From Malacoraja senta (lineage: Eukaryota), in contig CM075993.1 of the NCBI GenBank assembly GCA_038087875.1, positions 12,030,001 through 12,094,000 of the forward strand: 64,000 nt of DNA, given 5' to 3'. Both the position numbers and the translations under genes were made by a program. The notes beneath the pieces were generated by a model. It searched no databases and had not been told where the DNA came from. It saw only the letters and a program-made list of their open reading frames with translations. Positions 13,646-26,183 of the stretch are shown piece after piece; the first letter of the stretch is position 1, and the number at the start of each line of letters is the position of its first letter.

Positions 13646-14691
13646 ACATAAATAGGCAACATTTCAGGTCAGGTTCAAGAATGGTTCCAACCCGAAACAA
13701 TGCCTGTACATATCCTCTGAGATGGTGTCTGACCCGCCGAGTTACTCCAGCACTTTATGCCTGTTTTGTAAACTAGGTTCTGCAGTTCCCTTTGTCTCCG
13801 TCCGAGTTACATGCTGCCCTTCTAATTCCCTGACCGTCACGTGATGGCTGGTGACCGGGGAAGGACAGCGCAGCTGGTTCTCAACTGAGACTGTGAGACA
13901 TATGGTGCAAAATGATTTTTAAAAGTACAAACATTTAATGTGATTTCTCTCCCCCGAAACAAATGTGTGAAAATAGAGCAAATTTGAGACATTAATAACA
14001 ATCAATATTCCTTCCTCGATTTTATCTTTTATTTTGCAATTCAGCCACAATTTTTAACCCCCATGATCTCTCAATTCAAGTAGGCCCTTAATGATGCATG
14101 TTTCTTGGCGAGCAGATGTTAAATAAATTCTCACAGGAACAATGACTCCTCCAAACCATCCATAATCTTAACATCTAACTAGGTCAAATGAAAGTGTGGA
14201 AAAAGCGCTGCTCAAACCTATCCTCCAATTCAATGCACTGTTTGGTACACAGGGCTCATCTCAATCGCCTTGGTTACAACATGGTGATTTATTTTCCTAA
14301 TTACTGACATACAGTCTGAAAACACTGACTTGTCATGATTAGTTGGTTTTGAATTGCACGCTTAATAGAAGACAACCCCATTCTGCAGACAAAAGATGGA
14401 CACAAAATGCTGCAGTAATTCAGCAGTTCAGGTAGCATCTCTGCAGAAAAGATGTTTTGGGTCAAGACCCTTCTCCAGGTATGCTGCCTGACCCTCTGGG
14501 TTACTCCAGCATTTTATGTCTATATTCGGTGTGAACCAGTATCTGCAGTTTCTTCCTACACATGATTAAATTCCATCTCCTGCTGTTCTATCTGTCTGAA
14601 TTAAAATCCAGAAGCTATAATAGAAGGGTCAAAATTACATTCATGTATGGAAAGAAAAATGGAAAAAACGGGAACATTTTGCCAAACACAC

Positions 14692-14793
14692 CTTTTCGCG
14701 CTGCTTTTTCCAAGGCTTCTTCAATTCGCTGAAGCTCTTTCTGTTTATTTTCCTGCAATTGTTTTTCTTCCTTTTCTGCATCATATTGGATAC
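14692..14793 (-). CDS. VPS13C: VPS13C exon 5 (SIQYDAEKEEKQLQENKQKELQRIEEALEKAARK/G)
   Basis: TTCTTCAAG| acceptor, |GTGTGT donor, 102 nt; lies within ORF 14615..14842. Confidence 0.95.
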
Positions 14794-16561
14794 CTTGAAG
14801 AACAAAAACAGAATGAGATTTCCAAGCATATGTTTCCTTCATCTTAACGGAAAAAAGTAAAATTCAGTTACACAAAGTGCTGGAGTAACTCAGCGGGTCA
14901 GGCAGCAGCTCTGGAGGACATGGATCGGCAATGTTTCTGGTCGGAATCCTACTTCAGACTGCAGTCAGATAAAGGGTCTCCATCCCAAATGTCGCCTATC
15001 CATGTCCTCCAGAGATCCTGTCTAACTCTGAGTTACTCCAGTACTGTTTTTTTTTGTAAATCAGTATCTGCAGTTCCTTGTGTCTCCAAGCCAAGTAACA
15101 TAAATACCAGTCTGAAAAGGGATCCCAACTCAAAACGTCACATATCCGTGTGAAGCAGAGATGTTAGACACAAAGTGCTGGAGACAATCAGATGGTTACT
15201 CAGAGAAAAAGGATGGGAGACGTTTCCCTGGGAGAGGAGGGTCCCTTCTTCAGACTCCCAGAGATACAGAGCTGCTGACTGATCCACAGAGTTACTTCAG
15301 CACTTTGTGTCTTTTGTTTTTGCACAGGTTCAGGTACTATTTGCCAAATTCAAAAGCCCTAACCCCACTCTGTACCAGTAAAAACAGAAAATGCTGGAAG
15401 TTCTCTGGTCTGGCAATGTGTGGAGTGAGTGGGGAAGGGAGCATTAGAGCAATGATGGTGGGGAAGATGGGGCATGTGCTCAAGGTGGAAAGAGTGTGAG
15501 AATTGGGAGTAAACAATCCGCCCACTCAATATACAAGTAATAATTTCTCAAACAAAATGGGAAGGGAAGAAATTGTCACATTAAGTTTCACATACGAGTC
15601 TCGCATTGATGTAGGCTACATAGCTAGTGAAGTAACTCAACTAAACTACTGGTTCAGTAAAAATGTCAAATCCAACTATGGGTCTCCCTGCCATCGGCCG
15701 CAAGGAAAGTTATTCTCCACAAACAATGTTTCCCAGAGACTGAAGAACCTTTCCCCAATCACTGTAAATGAAACTCGAAAGAAAAAACCCCACAGATGCT
15801 GAAAATCTAAAATAAAACAAAATGATAGAAACATTCTGCAGGTTGTAATAAAATGTATCAAACCCGAAACATTAACGGCCCTTCAGCCCACACCTATAAA
15901 AAACAAAATGCAATAATAAACAAATCTCAACTGCCTGCACATGATCCCTACGCCTCCATTCCCAACAAATCCATGTGCCTCTAAAAGCTTCTGAAACACC
16001 ACTATCATAATTAGTTTAGTTTAGAGATGGAAACGGACCCTTCAGTCCACTGAGTCCATGCTGACCATCGATCACCTGTTCACACTAGTTCTATGTTATC
16101 CCACATTCTCATCCACTCCCTGCACACTAGGGGCAATTTACAGAAGCCAATTAACTTATGAACCCTCCCATATTTGAGATGTGGGAGGAAACCGATCATG
16201 CTTGAGGAAACCCATAGAGAACGTGCAAACTCCACACAGGTAGTATACGAGAACAGGATCAAACCCGGGTCTCTGACGCTGTGCAGCAGTGGTTCTACCA
16301 GCTGTACCCTGTGCCGCCCTTATTAACCCCGCTATCTGTGTGGATTCCATCTATCCAGAAGCACAGTCAATATGATTTTCAATGTGTTACAACACCAACA
16401 CAAATTGCTACGAAATATCCCACCCATTCAACCTCACCAAATGCTTTGACTCCATCGACACCTCCCTCAAATTAGGCTACCCACAGTTTGAATACTGTAT
16501 ATTACATAACCATTAACAACATTTCAACTCTATAAATAAAAGAATATTCAACGTTACTTAC

Positions 16562-16657
16562 TTCCCTCTGGAACAGCCAGAAGGTGCAAACCATCCAATG
16601 TGGCCACCACAGCCTCACTGTACAGATTCTTCCATGGAATCTTCAAAGTAAGCTTGT
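16562..16657 (-). CDS. VPS13C: VPS13C exon 4 (DKLTLKIPWKNLYSEAVVATLDGLHLLAVPEG/S)
   Basis: TTACAG| acceptor, |GTAAGT donor, 96 nt; contains the IPWKNLY chorein motif. Confidence 0.96.
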
Positions 16658-16984
16658 CTGTAAGTGAAATGAATAATAGTTACTCAGAGAGAGAAACAAA
16701 ACAACAAACAAAACAGTTGGCCTAGTCATTTACTAATTAAGGCTTCAAGTGATTATGGTAATTGTGCAATTAAAAGTAAGTACAAGTTCATCATAATTTT
16801 AAGTTTTCTCTCACACACATTCCTGTAGACATCCTGCACAATAAACAGCATGTGTAGAAAGGGGCTGCAGATGCTGGTTTATACCGAAGAAAGATACAAA
16901 GTGCTAGAGTAACTCAGCGGGTCAGGCAGCATCTCTGGTGGAAAAGGATGGATGATGTTTGAGGTCAGAAGATTATCAACGAAA

Positions 16985-17545
16985 TGTGGATAAATGTGAG
17001 GTTATCCACTTTGGTGGCAAGAACGGGTAGGCAGATTATTATCTGAATGATGTCAGGTTAGGAAAAGGGTAAGTAGTAGACCTGGGTGTCCTTGTACATC
17101 GGTCACTGAAAGTAAGCATGCAGGTACGGCAGGCAGTGAAGAAAACTGATGGCATGTTGGCCTTAATAACGAGAGGAGTTGAGTATAGGAGCAATGAGGT
17201 CCTTCTGCAGTTGTACAGGGCCCTGGTGAGACCGCACCTGAAGTATTGTGTGCAGTTTTGGTCTCCTAATTTGAGGAAGGACATTCTTTCTATTGAGGGA
17301 GTGCTGCGTAGGTTCATCAGGTTAATTCCGGGAATGGTGGGAATGACATATGATGAAAGAATGGAGCATAGGTTCATGAGGTTAATTCACGAGGTTAATT
17401 GATATGATGAAAGAATGGAGCGACTGGGCTTGTGTTCACTGGAATTTAAAAGGATGAGAAGGGATCTTATAGAAACATACACAATTATTAAGGGATTGGA
17501 CACGCTAGATGCAGGAAACACGTTCCCAATGTTGGGGGAGTCTAG
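16985..17545 (+). mobile_element. CR1 internal fragment
   Basis: ORFs 17118..17402 and 17415..17663 (LVRPHLKYCVQFWSP). Confidence 0.85.
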
Positions 17546-17754
17546 GGGCCCAACCAAGTACATTGCGACACAGGTAGGCAGGATGGTGAATATGGTTTGG
17601 CATGCTCATGTTAATAGAAGTGTTGAGTACAAACTTTTCACTGTACACGTGATAATAAACTAAACTGAACTGAAGAGTTGGGACATCATGTTACAACTAT
17701 ACCAGATGTTGGTGAGACCACATTTGGAGTACTGTGCACAGTTATAGAGTTATG

Positions 17755-20340
17755 AAGTCAGACAGTCATACAGCTAGAAACAGACCCTTCAACCGAATCT
17801 GCCCATGACGACCAACATGTTCCATCTACACTAGTCCCACCTTCCTGCATTTGGCCCATATACTTCTAAACCTATCCTGTCCATGTACCTGTCCAAATAT
17901 CTTTTAAACATTGTGATAGTAACTGCCTCAACTACCTCCTCTAGCAGCTCGTTCCATACACCCATCACCCTTTATGTAAACAATGTTTCGATTAAATCTT
18001 TCCCCCCTCACCTTAAACCCATGTCCTCTGGTTCTCAATAACCTATTCTAGGCAAATGACTGTGCATTATCCTATCTATTCCTCTCATACACATCTATAA
18101 GTTCACCCCTCATCCTCTTGCTTTCCAAGGAATAGTCAAGTCAAGTCAAGTCAAGTGAGTTTATTGTCATGTGTCCCTGATAGGACAATGAAATTCTTGC
18201 TTTCCTTCAGCACAACAGAACATAGTAGGCATTGACTACAAGGCATTCTATAAATATATACACACATGAATCAATATACTGATAAAGTGCAAATAACAGT
18301 ATTGGCTAATAAAGTTCAGTGTTATGTCCGAGCCAGGTTTAATAGCCTGATGGCTGTGGGGAAGTAGCTGTTCCTGAACCTGGTCGTTGCAGTCTTCAGG
18401 CTCCTGTACCTTCTACCTGAAGGTAGTAGGGAGATGAGTGTGTGGCCAGGATGGTGTAGGTCTTTGATGATACTGCCAGCCTTTTTGAGGCAGCGACTGT
18501 GATAGATCCCCTCGATGGAAGGGAGGTCAGAGTCGATGATGGACTGGGCAGTGTTTACTACTTTTTGTAGTCTTTTCCTCTCCAGGGCGCTCAAGTTGCC
18601 GAACCAAGCCACGATGCAACCGGTCAGCATGCTCTCTACTGTGCACCTGTAGAAGTTAGAGAGAGTCCTCCTTGACAAACCGACTCTCCGTAATCTTCTC
18701 AGGAAGTAGAGGCGCTGATATGCTTTCTTAATAATGGCATCAGTGTTCTCGGACCAGGAAAGATCTTCAGAGATGTGCACGCCCAGGAATTTGAAGCTCT
18801 TGACCCTTTCAACCATCGACCCGTTGATATAAACGGGACTGTGGGTCCCCATCCTACTCCTTCCAAAGTCCACAATCAGTTCCTTGGTTTTGCTGGTGTT
18901 GAGGGCCAGGTTATTGTGCTGGCACCATATGGACAGTTGCTCGATCTCTCTTCTATACTCTGACTCATCCCCATCAGTGATACGTCCCACAACAGTGGTG
19001 TCGTCAGCGAACTTGATGATGGAGTTCGCACTATGTCTGGCTACGCAGTTATGAGTATAGAGTGAGTACAGCAGGGGGCTGAGCACGCAGCCTTGAGGTG
19101 CTCCGGTGCTAATTGTTATTGAGTCTGACACATTTCCACCAATACGAACAGACTGTGGTTTGAGAATGAGGAAGTCGAGGATCCAATTGCAGAGGGATGC
19201 GCAGAGACCCAGTTCTGCGAGTTTGGTAAGCAGCTTGGAGGGGATGATTGTGTTAAATAAAGTCCTAGCCTGCCCAACCTCTCCCTTTAGCTCAGGCCCT
19301 CTAGTCCTGACAGCATCCTTGTAAATCTTCTCTGCACCATTTCCAGCTTGACAACATTTTTCCTATAACAGATTGATCAAAACTGAACACAATATTCCAA
19401 ATGTGCGCTAACCAATGTCTTGTACAACTGTAATATATCCTCCCAACTTCTATACTTAATAGTCTGACGGATGAGCAAAAAGCCTTCTTGACCATCCTAT
19501 CTAATTGTGACACCACTTTCAAGGATCTATGTACCTCCACTCAGCAATCCCTCTGTTCTACAACACTCCCAAGGGCCCTGCCATTCACTGTGAAAATCCT
19601 GCCTTGGTTTAATTTCCAAAAATGCAACACCCCGCACTTATCTGTATTAAACTCCATTAACCATTCCTCAGGCCAACTGCCTAACTGATCAAGATGCTGC
19701 TGTAATTTTTGACAACCACTATCTATAATACCTCCCACTTTCGTGTCATCTGTAAATTAGCTAATCATGCCGTGTACATCATTGCTATAAACCACAAACA
19801 GTAACGGGCCCAGCACCGATCCCTGAGGCACACCACTAGTCACAGGCCTCCAGTCTGAGAAACAACCTTCCACCAACACCCTCTGCTTCCTTCCATGAAG
19901 CCAATTCTCTACCCAGTAAGCTTGCTCTCCCTGGATTCCATGCGATATAACCTTCCAGAACAGCCTACCATGCAGAACCATATCAAATGACTTGCTGAAG
20001 TATATGCACGTCTACAGCTCTGCCCTCATCAACCTTTTCAGTTATCTCCCCATAAAACTCAATCATATCCATGAGACAACCTCCCACGTAAAAAGCCATG
20101 CCAACTCTCCCTAATCAGCCCCTGTCTATCCAAATGCACATATATCTTATCCCTCAGAATACTCACCAGTAACTTGCCTACCACAGATGTTTGGCTTATT
20201 GGTCTCTAGTTCCCAGGCTTTTCCTTCTTAAATACAGGCTCAACATTAACCACCCTCCAGTTTTCTGGCACCTCACCTGTACCAAATGATAATTTATATA
20301 ACTCAGCCACGGCACTTGCAATTTGGTTTCTCTAGCTTCC
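17755..20340 (-). mobile_element. Older CR1/HER1-like LINE split by a Rex1 insertion (18135-19257)
   Basis: ORFs 19301, 19541 and 19757 are CR1 RT pieces; the 3' part resumes left of the Rex1 tail. Confidence 0.82.
18135..19257 (-). mobile_element. Rex1/Babar-clade LINE 3' fragment
   Basis: ORF 18322..19131: [27 protein letters not shown]; (CTTGA)n tail. Confidence 0.92.
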
Positions 20341-21020
20341 CACAGTGACTTCAGATAGAAACATAGAAACATAGAAAATAGGTGCAGGAGGAAGCCATTC
20401 GGCCCTTCGAGCCAGCACCGTCATTCATTGTGATCATGGCTGATCGTCCCCAATCAATAACCCGTGCCTGCCTTCTCCCCAAATCGCTTGATACCACTAG
20501 CCCCTAGAGCTCTATCTAACTCTCTCTTAAATCCATCCAGTGATTTGGCCTCCACTGCCCTCTGTGGCAGGCAATGCCAAAAAATTCACAACTCTCTGGG
20601 TGAAAAAGTTTTTTCTCACCTCAGTCTTAAATGGCCTCCCCTTTATTCTAAGACTGTGGCCCCTGGTTCTGGACTCGCCCAACATTGGGAACCTAGGCCG
20701 CTTTTTAGGTTGCCAAATGACAGTTTAGGTGGTCATTTAAGACTGCTTGCATGTCACGTGCGATAATGTGCTCGGAAGAAGTGCGTAGTTACCAGTCAGA
20801 ATTATGTTCAATGAAGCATTCACATATTATTTCTGCTTCAAATAAAGTCACAAACTAAACATATTCACCAATCAAGACATGATATATACCACAATGACAT
20901 GCAGCAAAATTACAATACAGTATCTCATCTCCTTTTACACATTGCAATGAATGCAATTTCTATTATTTCTTTTCACTTCCAAACAAAATTCTGGTTGGAT
21001 TATTCAGCGTATGATCAACC

Positions 21021-22185
21021 TCAGTGAGACCAAGTGCAGGCTTGGCGATCGCTTCGCACAACACCTACACTCAGTTCGCAATAAAACCTGATCTCCCGGT
21101 GGCTCAGCACTTCAACTCCCCCTTCCTTTCCGAATCCGACCTTTCTGTCCTGGGCCTCCTCCATGGCCAGAGTGAGGCCCACCGCAAATTGGAGGAACAG
21201 CACCTCATATTTTGCTTGGTAATTTACACCCCAGCGGTATGAACATTAGCTTCACAAATTTCAGGTAGTCCTTGCTTTCTCCCTCCTTCCCCTCCCATTC
21301 CCAGCTCTCCCACAGCCTACTGTCTCCGCTTCTTCCTTTCTTTTTCCCGACCCCCCCCCCCCGCCCGACATCAGTCTGAAGAAGGGTCTCGACCCGAAAC
21401 GTCGCCTATTCCTTCGCTCCATAGATGCTGCCTCACCCGCTGATATTCTCCAGCTTTGTCTACCAACGGGATCCCACCACTGGCCACATCTTCCCATCTC
21501 CTCCCCTGTCGGCTTTCCACAGAGACCGCTCCTTCCGTAACTCCCTAGTCATTTCGTCCCTTCCCACCCAAACCACCCCTCTCCTGGCACTTTCCCTTGC
21601 ATCCGCAGGAAATGCTACACTTGTCGCTTTACCTCCCCCCTTGACTCCATTCAAGGACCCAAGCCGTCTTTCCAGGTTGGGCAGAGGTTCCCGTGCACCT
21701 CCTCCAACCTCATCAATTGCATCCGCTGCTCTAGGTGTCAGCTGATCTACATCGATGAGACTAAGCATAGGCTTGGTGATCGTTTTGCCCAACAACTCCA
21801 CTCGGTTCACAATAACCAACCTGATCTCCGGGTGGCTCAGCACTTCAACTCCCCCTCCCATTCCGAATCTGACTTTTCTGTCCTGGGCCTCCTCCATGGC
21901 CAGAGTGAGGCCCACCGTAAATTGGAGGAGGAGCACCTCATATTTTGCTTGGGCAGTTTACACCCCAGCGGTATGAAAATTGACCTCCAATTTCAGGTAG
22001 TCCCTGCTTTCTCCTCCGCTTCCCAGCTCTCCCTCAACCCACTGTCTCTGCCTCTTCCTTTCTTCTTCCCATCCCCTGCACCCTCACATCAGTTTGACGA
22101 AGGGTCTCGACCCAAAACATCGCCTATTTCCTTCGCACCATAGATGCTGCCTCACCCGCTGAGTTTCTCCAGCATTTTTGTCTCC
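21021..22185 (+). mobile_element. Tandem Penelope-like fragments (partial-tandem pseudo-LTR arrangement)
   Basis: Two successive GIY-YIG C-termini (PDLPVAQHFNSP..HLIF), each followed by the CTGA.GA..GAAA terminus. Confidence 0.88.
21372..21408 (+). ncRNA. Minimal type I hammerhead ribozyme motif (Penelope terminus)
   Basis: CTGAAGA-A-GGGTC-TC-GACCC-GAAACGTC: conserved core, stem II, palindromic ACGT in place of stem III, GUC cleavage triplet. Confidence 0.75.
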
Positions 22186-23729
22186 CCATTCACACAAGTT
22201 CGGTTATCCCACTTTCCTCACCCACTCCCTACACATTAGGGGCAATTTTACAGAGACAAGTTAACCTACAAAGCCATGCATCTTTGGGATGTGGGAGGAA
22301 ACCTACATGCTTGCAGGGAGCATGTGCAAATTTAACACAGACAGTGCCCGAGGACAGGATCAAACACAGATCTCTGGCGTGTGAGGCAGCAAGTCCACCA
22401 GCTGTGCCACTATATTTTATTTTCCAACACACAAAAAATTATATGTTGATAACTTTGGTTACTAAAAAAAAAGAAACTATCCATTTTCAGTCTAAAATCT
22501 CTAAGTGATGCTATGTCCCCCTTTACAGCTACTGAATGTTTTAATTCAGTTCAAGACTATGGGGCAGTACATTGGCCATAAAGTTGCTGCCTAAAATTGC
22601 CAGAGACCCGGAATTGATCCTGAATATGGGTGCTGTCTGTATGGAGTTTGCTCCTTTTCCCTTTGATCGCATGGGTTTTCTCCGGGTGCTCTTGTTTCCT
22701 TCCACATTCCAAAGGTGTGCAGGAACCTATTTCAGACCCAACCCAAAATGTAATATTTTCCTTTTGTCCAGAGATTCTGTCTGACCTGTTGAGTTACTCC
22801 AGCTTTTTGTGTCTATCTTCAGTTTAAACCAGCATCTGCAGTTCTTTCCTACACACACGATACTATACAATAGAACTTTATTAATCCCAGGAGGGAAATT
22901 GTGTGTGTGTGTGTATAGTTATATATTCATATATAAATATACACTGTTTTGTTTTCTCGTTGATAACATTGTTTACAGAGTACTATGTTTACATATTCTG
23001 CTGCTGCAAGTAAGGATTTCATTGGGACATGAGCGAATAAAACACTGTTGACTTACGTCGCTGATGTGTGGGATAGAACTAGTGTACGGGTGATCGGTGG
23101 TCGGCGTGCACTCGGTGGGCCGAAGGGCCTGTTTCCACGCTGTATCTTTAAATTAAACTAAAACACTAAAACCAGAGGAAATCTAAAGAAGGGTCTCTAC
23201 CCGAAACGTCACCCAATTTCATCTATCCAGAGATGTTGGCTGCTCCATGGAGTTCCGCCGCACAATTAAAGCATGGAATAGTCTTCACCTTACTATAGGT
23301 ACCCAACCAGAAGCAATTAAATTTAAGGTAGCTCTTTTTTCCCAAGAACTCTTTTTTGTTTAAGTCCAAGTCAAGAGTCAAGAGAGTTTATTGTCATGTG
23401 TCCCAGATAGGACAATTAAATTCTTGCTTGTTGCAGCACAACAGAATATGTAAACATAATACAGAACAGGAGATAAAAGTTCAGTGTGTTTATATACCAT
23501 AGACCATATATATATACACAATAAATAAACAGATAAAATGCAATAGGCTGTTATTTTTCTGAGTTTGGTGGTGGTGTTTAAATTCTGTTTAAATTCCATA
23601 TGGAATATTTTTGGAGGACCAGGAAACCAAGAAGCAAGAGTTACTCCAGGGAGTTACTCCAGTTCGAGCGAGTGTTTCTGCGTGGGTTTTCAGCGGTCAC
23701 GGCGAGTGGACAGCAATGGCAGCCAGATC

Positions 23730-26183
23730 TTAAACCAGTAGGTTTAAGATAGTTATGGATCGGGACGGAGAGGGTCCACATGTTAAAATGCTCAACTGGG
23801 GCAAGGCCAATGTTGAGGGTATGAGAGAAGATCTCGCTCAAGTTGACTGGAGCAGGTTATTTGAAGGGAAAGGAACATCGGCCAAGTGGGATGTTTTTAA
23901 AAGTGTACTGAAGAAAGCTCATGATATGTACGTCCCCGTTAGAGTAAAGGGCAAAGCCGGCAAACGTAAGGAAGCTTGGCTGACGAGGTAAATTGAGACG
24001 TTGGTCAAAAACAAGAAGGATGCATGGGACAGGTATAGGCAGCTGGGATAACGTGCATCCCTGGAGGAGTTTTGGGAACTAAGGAGTAAACTGAAAAAGG
24101 AAATCAGAAGGGCAAAAAGGGGTCAGGAGATACCTCCGCAGGTAGCAAGGATAATCCCAAAAGATTTTACAAATATATAAAAGGGTGAAAAGGGTAACTA
24201 GAGAGAGAGTGGGACTTCTCAGGAATCAAAGCAGTCATCTCTGTGTTGAGCCACAGGAGATGGGCAAGGTCCTAAATGAGTATTTCTTCTCTGTATTTAG
24301 GGTGGCAAATATTGTAGCTCTTTTCAAGAAGGGCTGCAGGGAAAATGTTTGGAACTATAGGCCGGTGAGCTTAACATCTGTAATTGGTAAGTTACTGCAG
24401 AATATTCTGAGGGATAGGATATTCAGGCATTTGGATGGGCAAGGGCTGATTAGGGATAGTCAGCATGGGTTTGTACATGGAAGGTCGTGTCTCACAAATC
24501 TGATTGATATTTTTAAAGACATGACCAAAAAGGTTGATGAGGGTAGAGCTGTAGATGTGGTGTACATGGATTTCAGTATGGCGTTCGACAAGGTTCTGAA
24601 TTGTAGGCTGCTTTGGAAGGTTAGATCGCATTGGATCCAAGGAGAGATAGCTGAATGGATAGCAAATTGGCTCCATGGAAGGAAGCAGAGGGTGATGGTG
24701 GAAGGTTGCTCCTCAGACTGGAGGCCTGTGACTAGTGGTGTGCCACAGGGTTCGGTGCTGGGCCCGTTACTCTTTGTAATCTACATCAATGATTTGGATG
24801 AGAACATACAGGGCAAGATTAGCAAGTTTGCTGATGATACAAAAGTTAGTGGTTTTGCAGATAGTGAAGATGGTTGTGAATGATTGCAGCAGGATCTGGA
24901 TCAATTGGCCAGATGGGCTGAGGAATGGTTGATCGAATTTAATACAGAAAAGTGTGAGGCGTGGCAATTTGGGACGTCGAACAAGGGCAGGACCTACACA
25001 GTAAATGGTAGGCCTCTGGGTAGTGTTGTAGAGCAGAGGGATCTAGGAGTACAGGTGAATGGTTCCTTGAAGGTCGAGTCGCAGGTAGATAAGGTGGTCA
25101 AACAGGCTTTTGGCATTTTGGCCTTCATCAGTCAGAGTATTGAGTATAGAACTTGAAGTCATGTTGCAGTTGTATAAGACGTTGGTGAGACCGCATTTAG
25201 AATATTGTGTTCAGTTCTGGGCATCATGTTATAGGAAAGATATTGTCAAGTTTTGTGTTTGTTTTCTAGGTCTGCACAAATCTTGAGTCTTTAATTTACA
25301 ACAGAAGTCTTTAATGCTTTACTCAATGCTGGCAGCACACACAGAATCTGACTGCACACTCACACTGTCTACAGACAGGATAAACTATAATAATAGATTT
25401 TATTTATATAGCGCTTTCAGAACTCAAAGTCGCTTTACATTGAGAGTCAGGAATAAACAAAACAAAATAGAGCAGTAAGACAAAGGGGAGGGGAACATGG
25501 GACTAAGGGTATGCAGAGGTGAAGAGATGGGTCTTGAGGCGAGACTGGAAGATGGTGAGGGACTCAGAATTTCGAACCGGTTGTGGGAGGGACAGGATAA
25601 ACTATATACAAAACATCTCCCTTTGTCCTGTACAGCGCCACCTGCTGCACGGGAGGAGCAACGGGTCCTCCCACCCCACACAGTCCACCAAACATCACAT
25701 CAAGCTTGAAGGGTTCAGAAAAGGTTGACGAGGATGTTGCCAGGACTAGAGGGTGTGAGCTATAGGGAGAGGTTGAGTAGCTTGGGTCTCTATTCCATGG
25801 AGCGCAGGAGGATTAGGGGAGATCTTACAGAGGTATACAAAATCATGAGAGGAATAGATCGGGTAGAGTCTTTTGCCCAAAGTAGGGGAATCGAGGACCA
25901 GAGCACATAGGTTCAAGGTGAAGGGGGAAAGGTTTAACTCCCGAGGGGTAACCTTATCACACAAAGGGTGGTGGGTGTGTGGAACAAGCTGCCAGAGAAG
26001 GTAGTTGAGGCTGGGACTATTCCATCGTTTAAGAAACAGTTAGACAGGTACATGGATAGGACAGGTTTGGACTGATATGGACCAAGCGCAGGCAAGTGGG
26101 ACTAGTGTAGCTGGAACGATTTTGGCCAGTGTGGGCAAGTTGGGCCGAAGGGTCTGTTTCCAGACTGTGACTCTATGACTCTA
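23730..26183 (+). mobile_element. CR1/HER1-like LINE, decayed, with an insert at ~25252-25700
   Basis: ORFs 23755, 24185, 24884, 25725; TGACTCTA tail; the insert contains an antisense L2-type 3' end. Confidence 0.9.
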
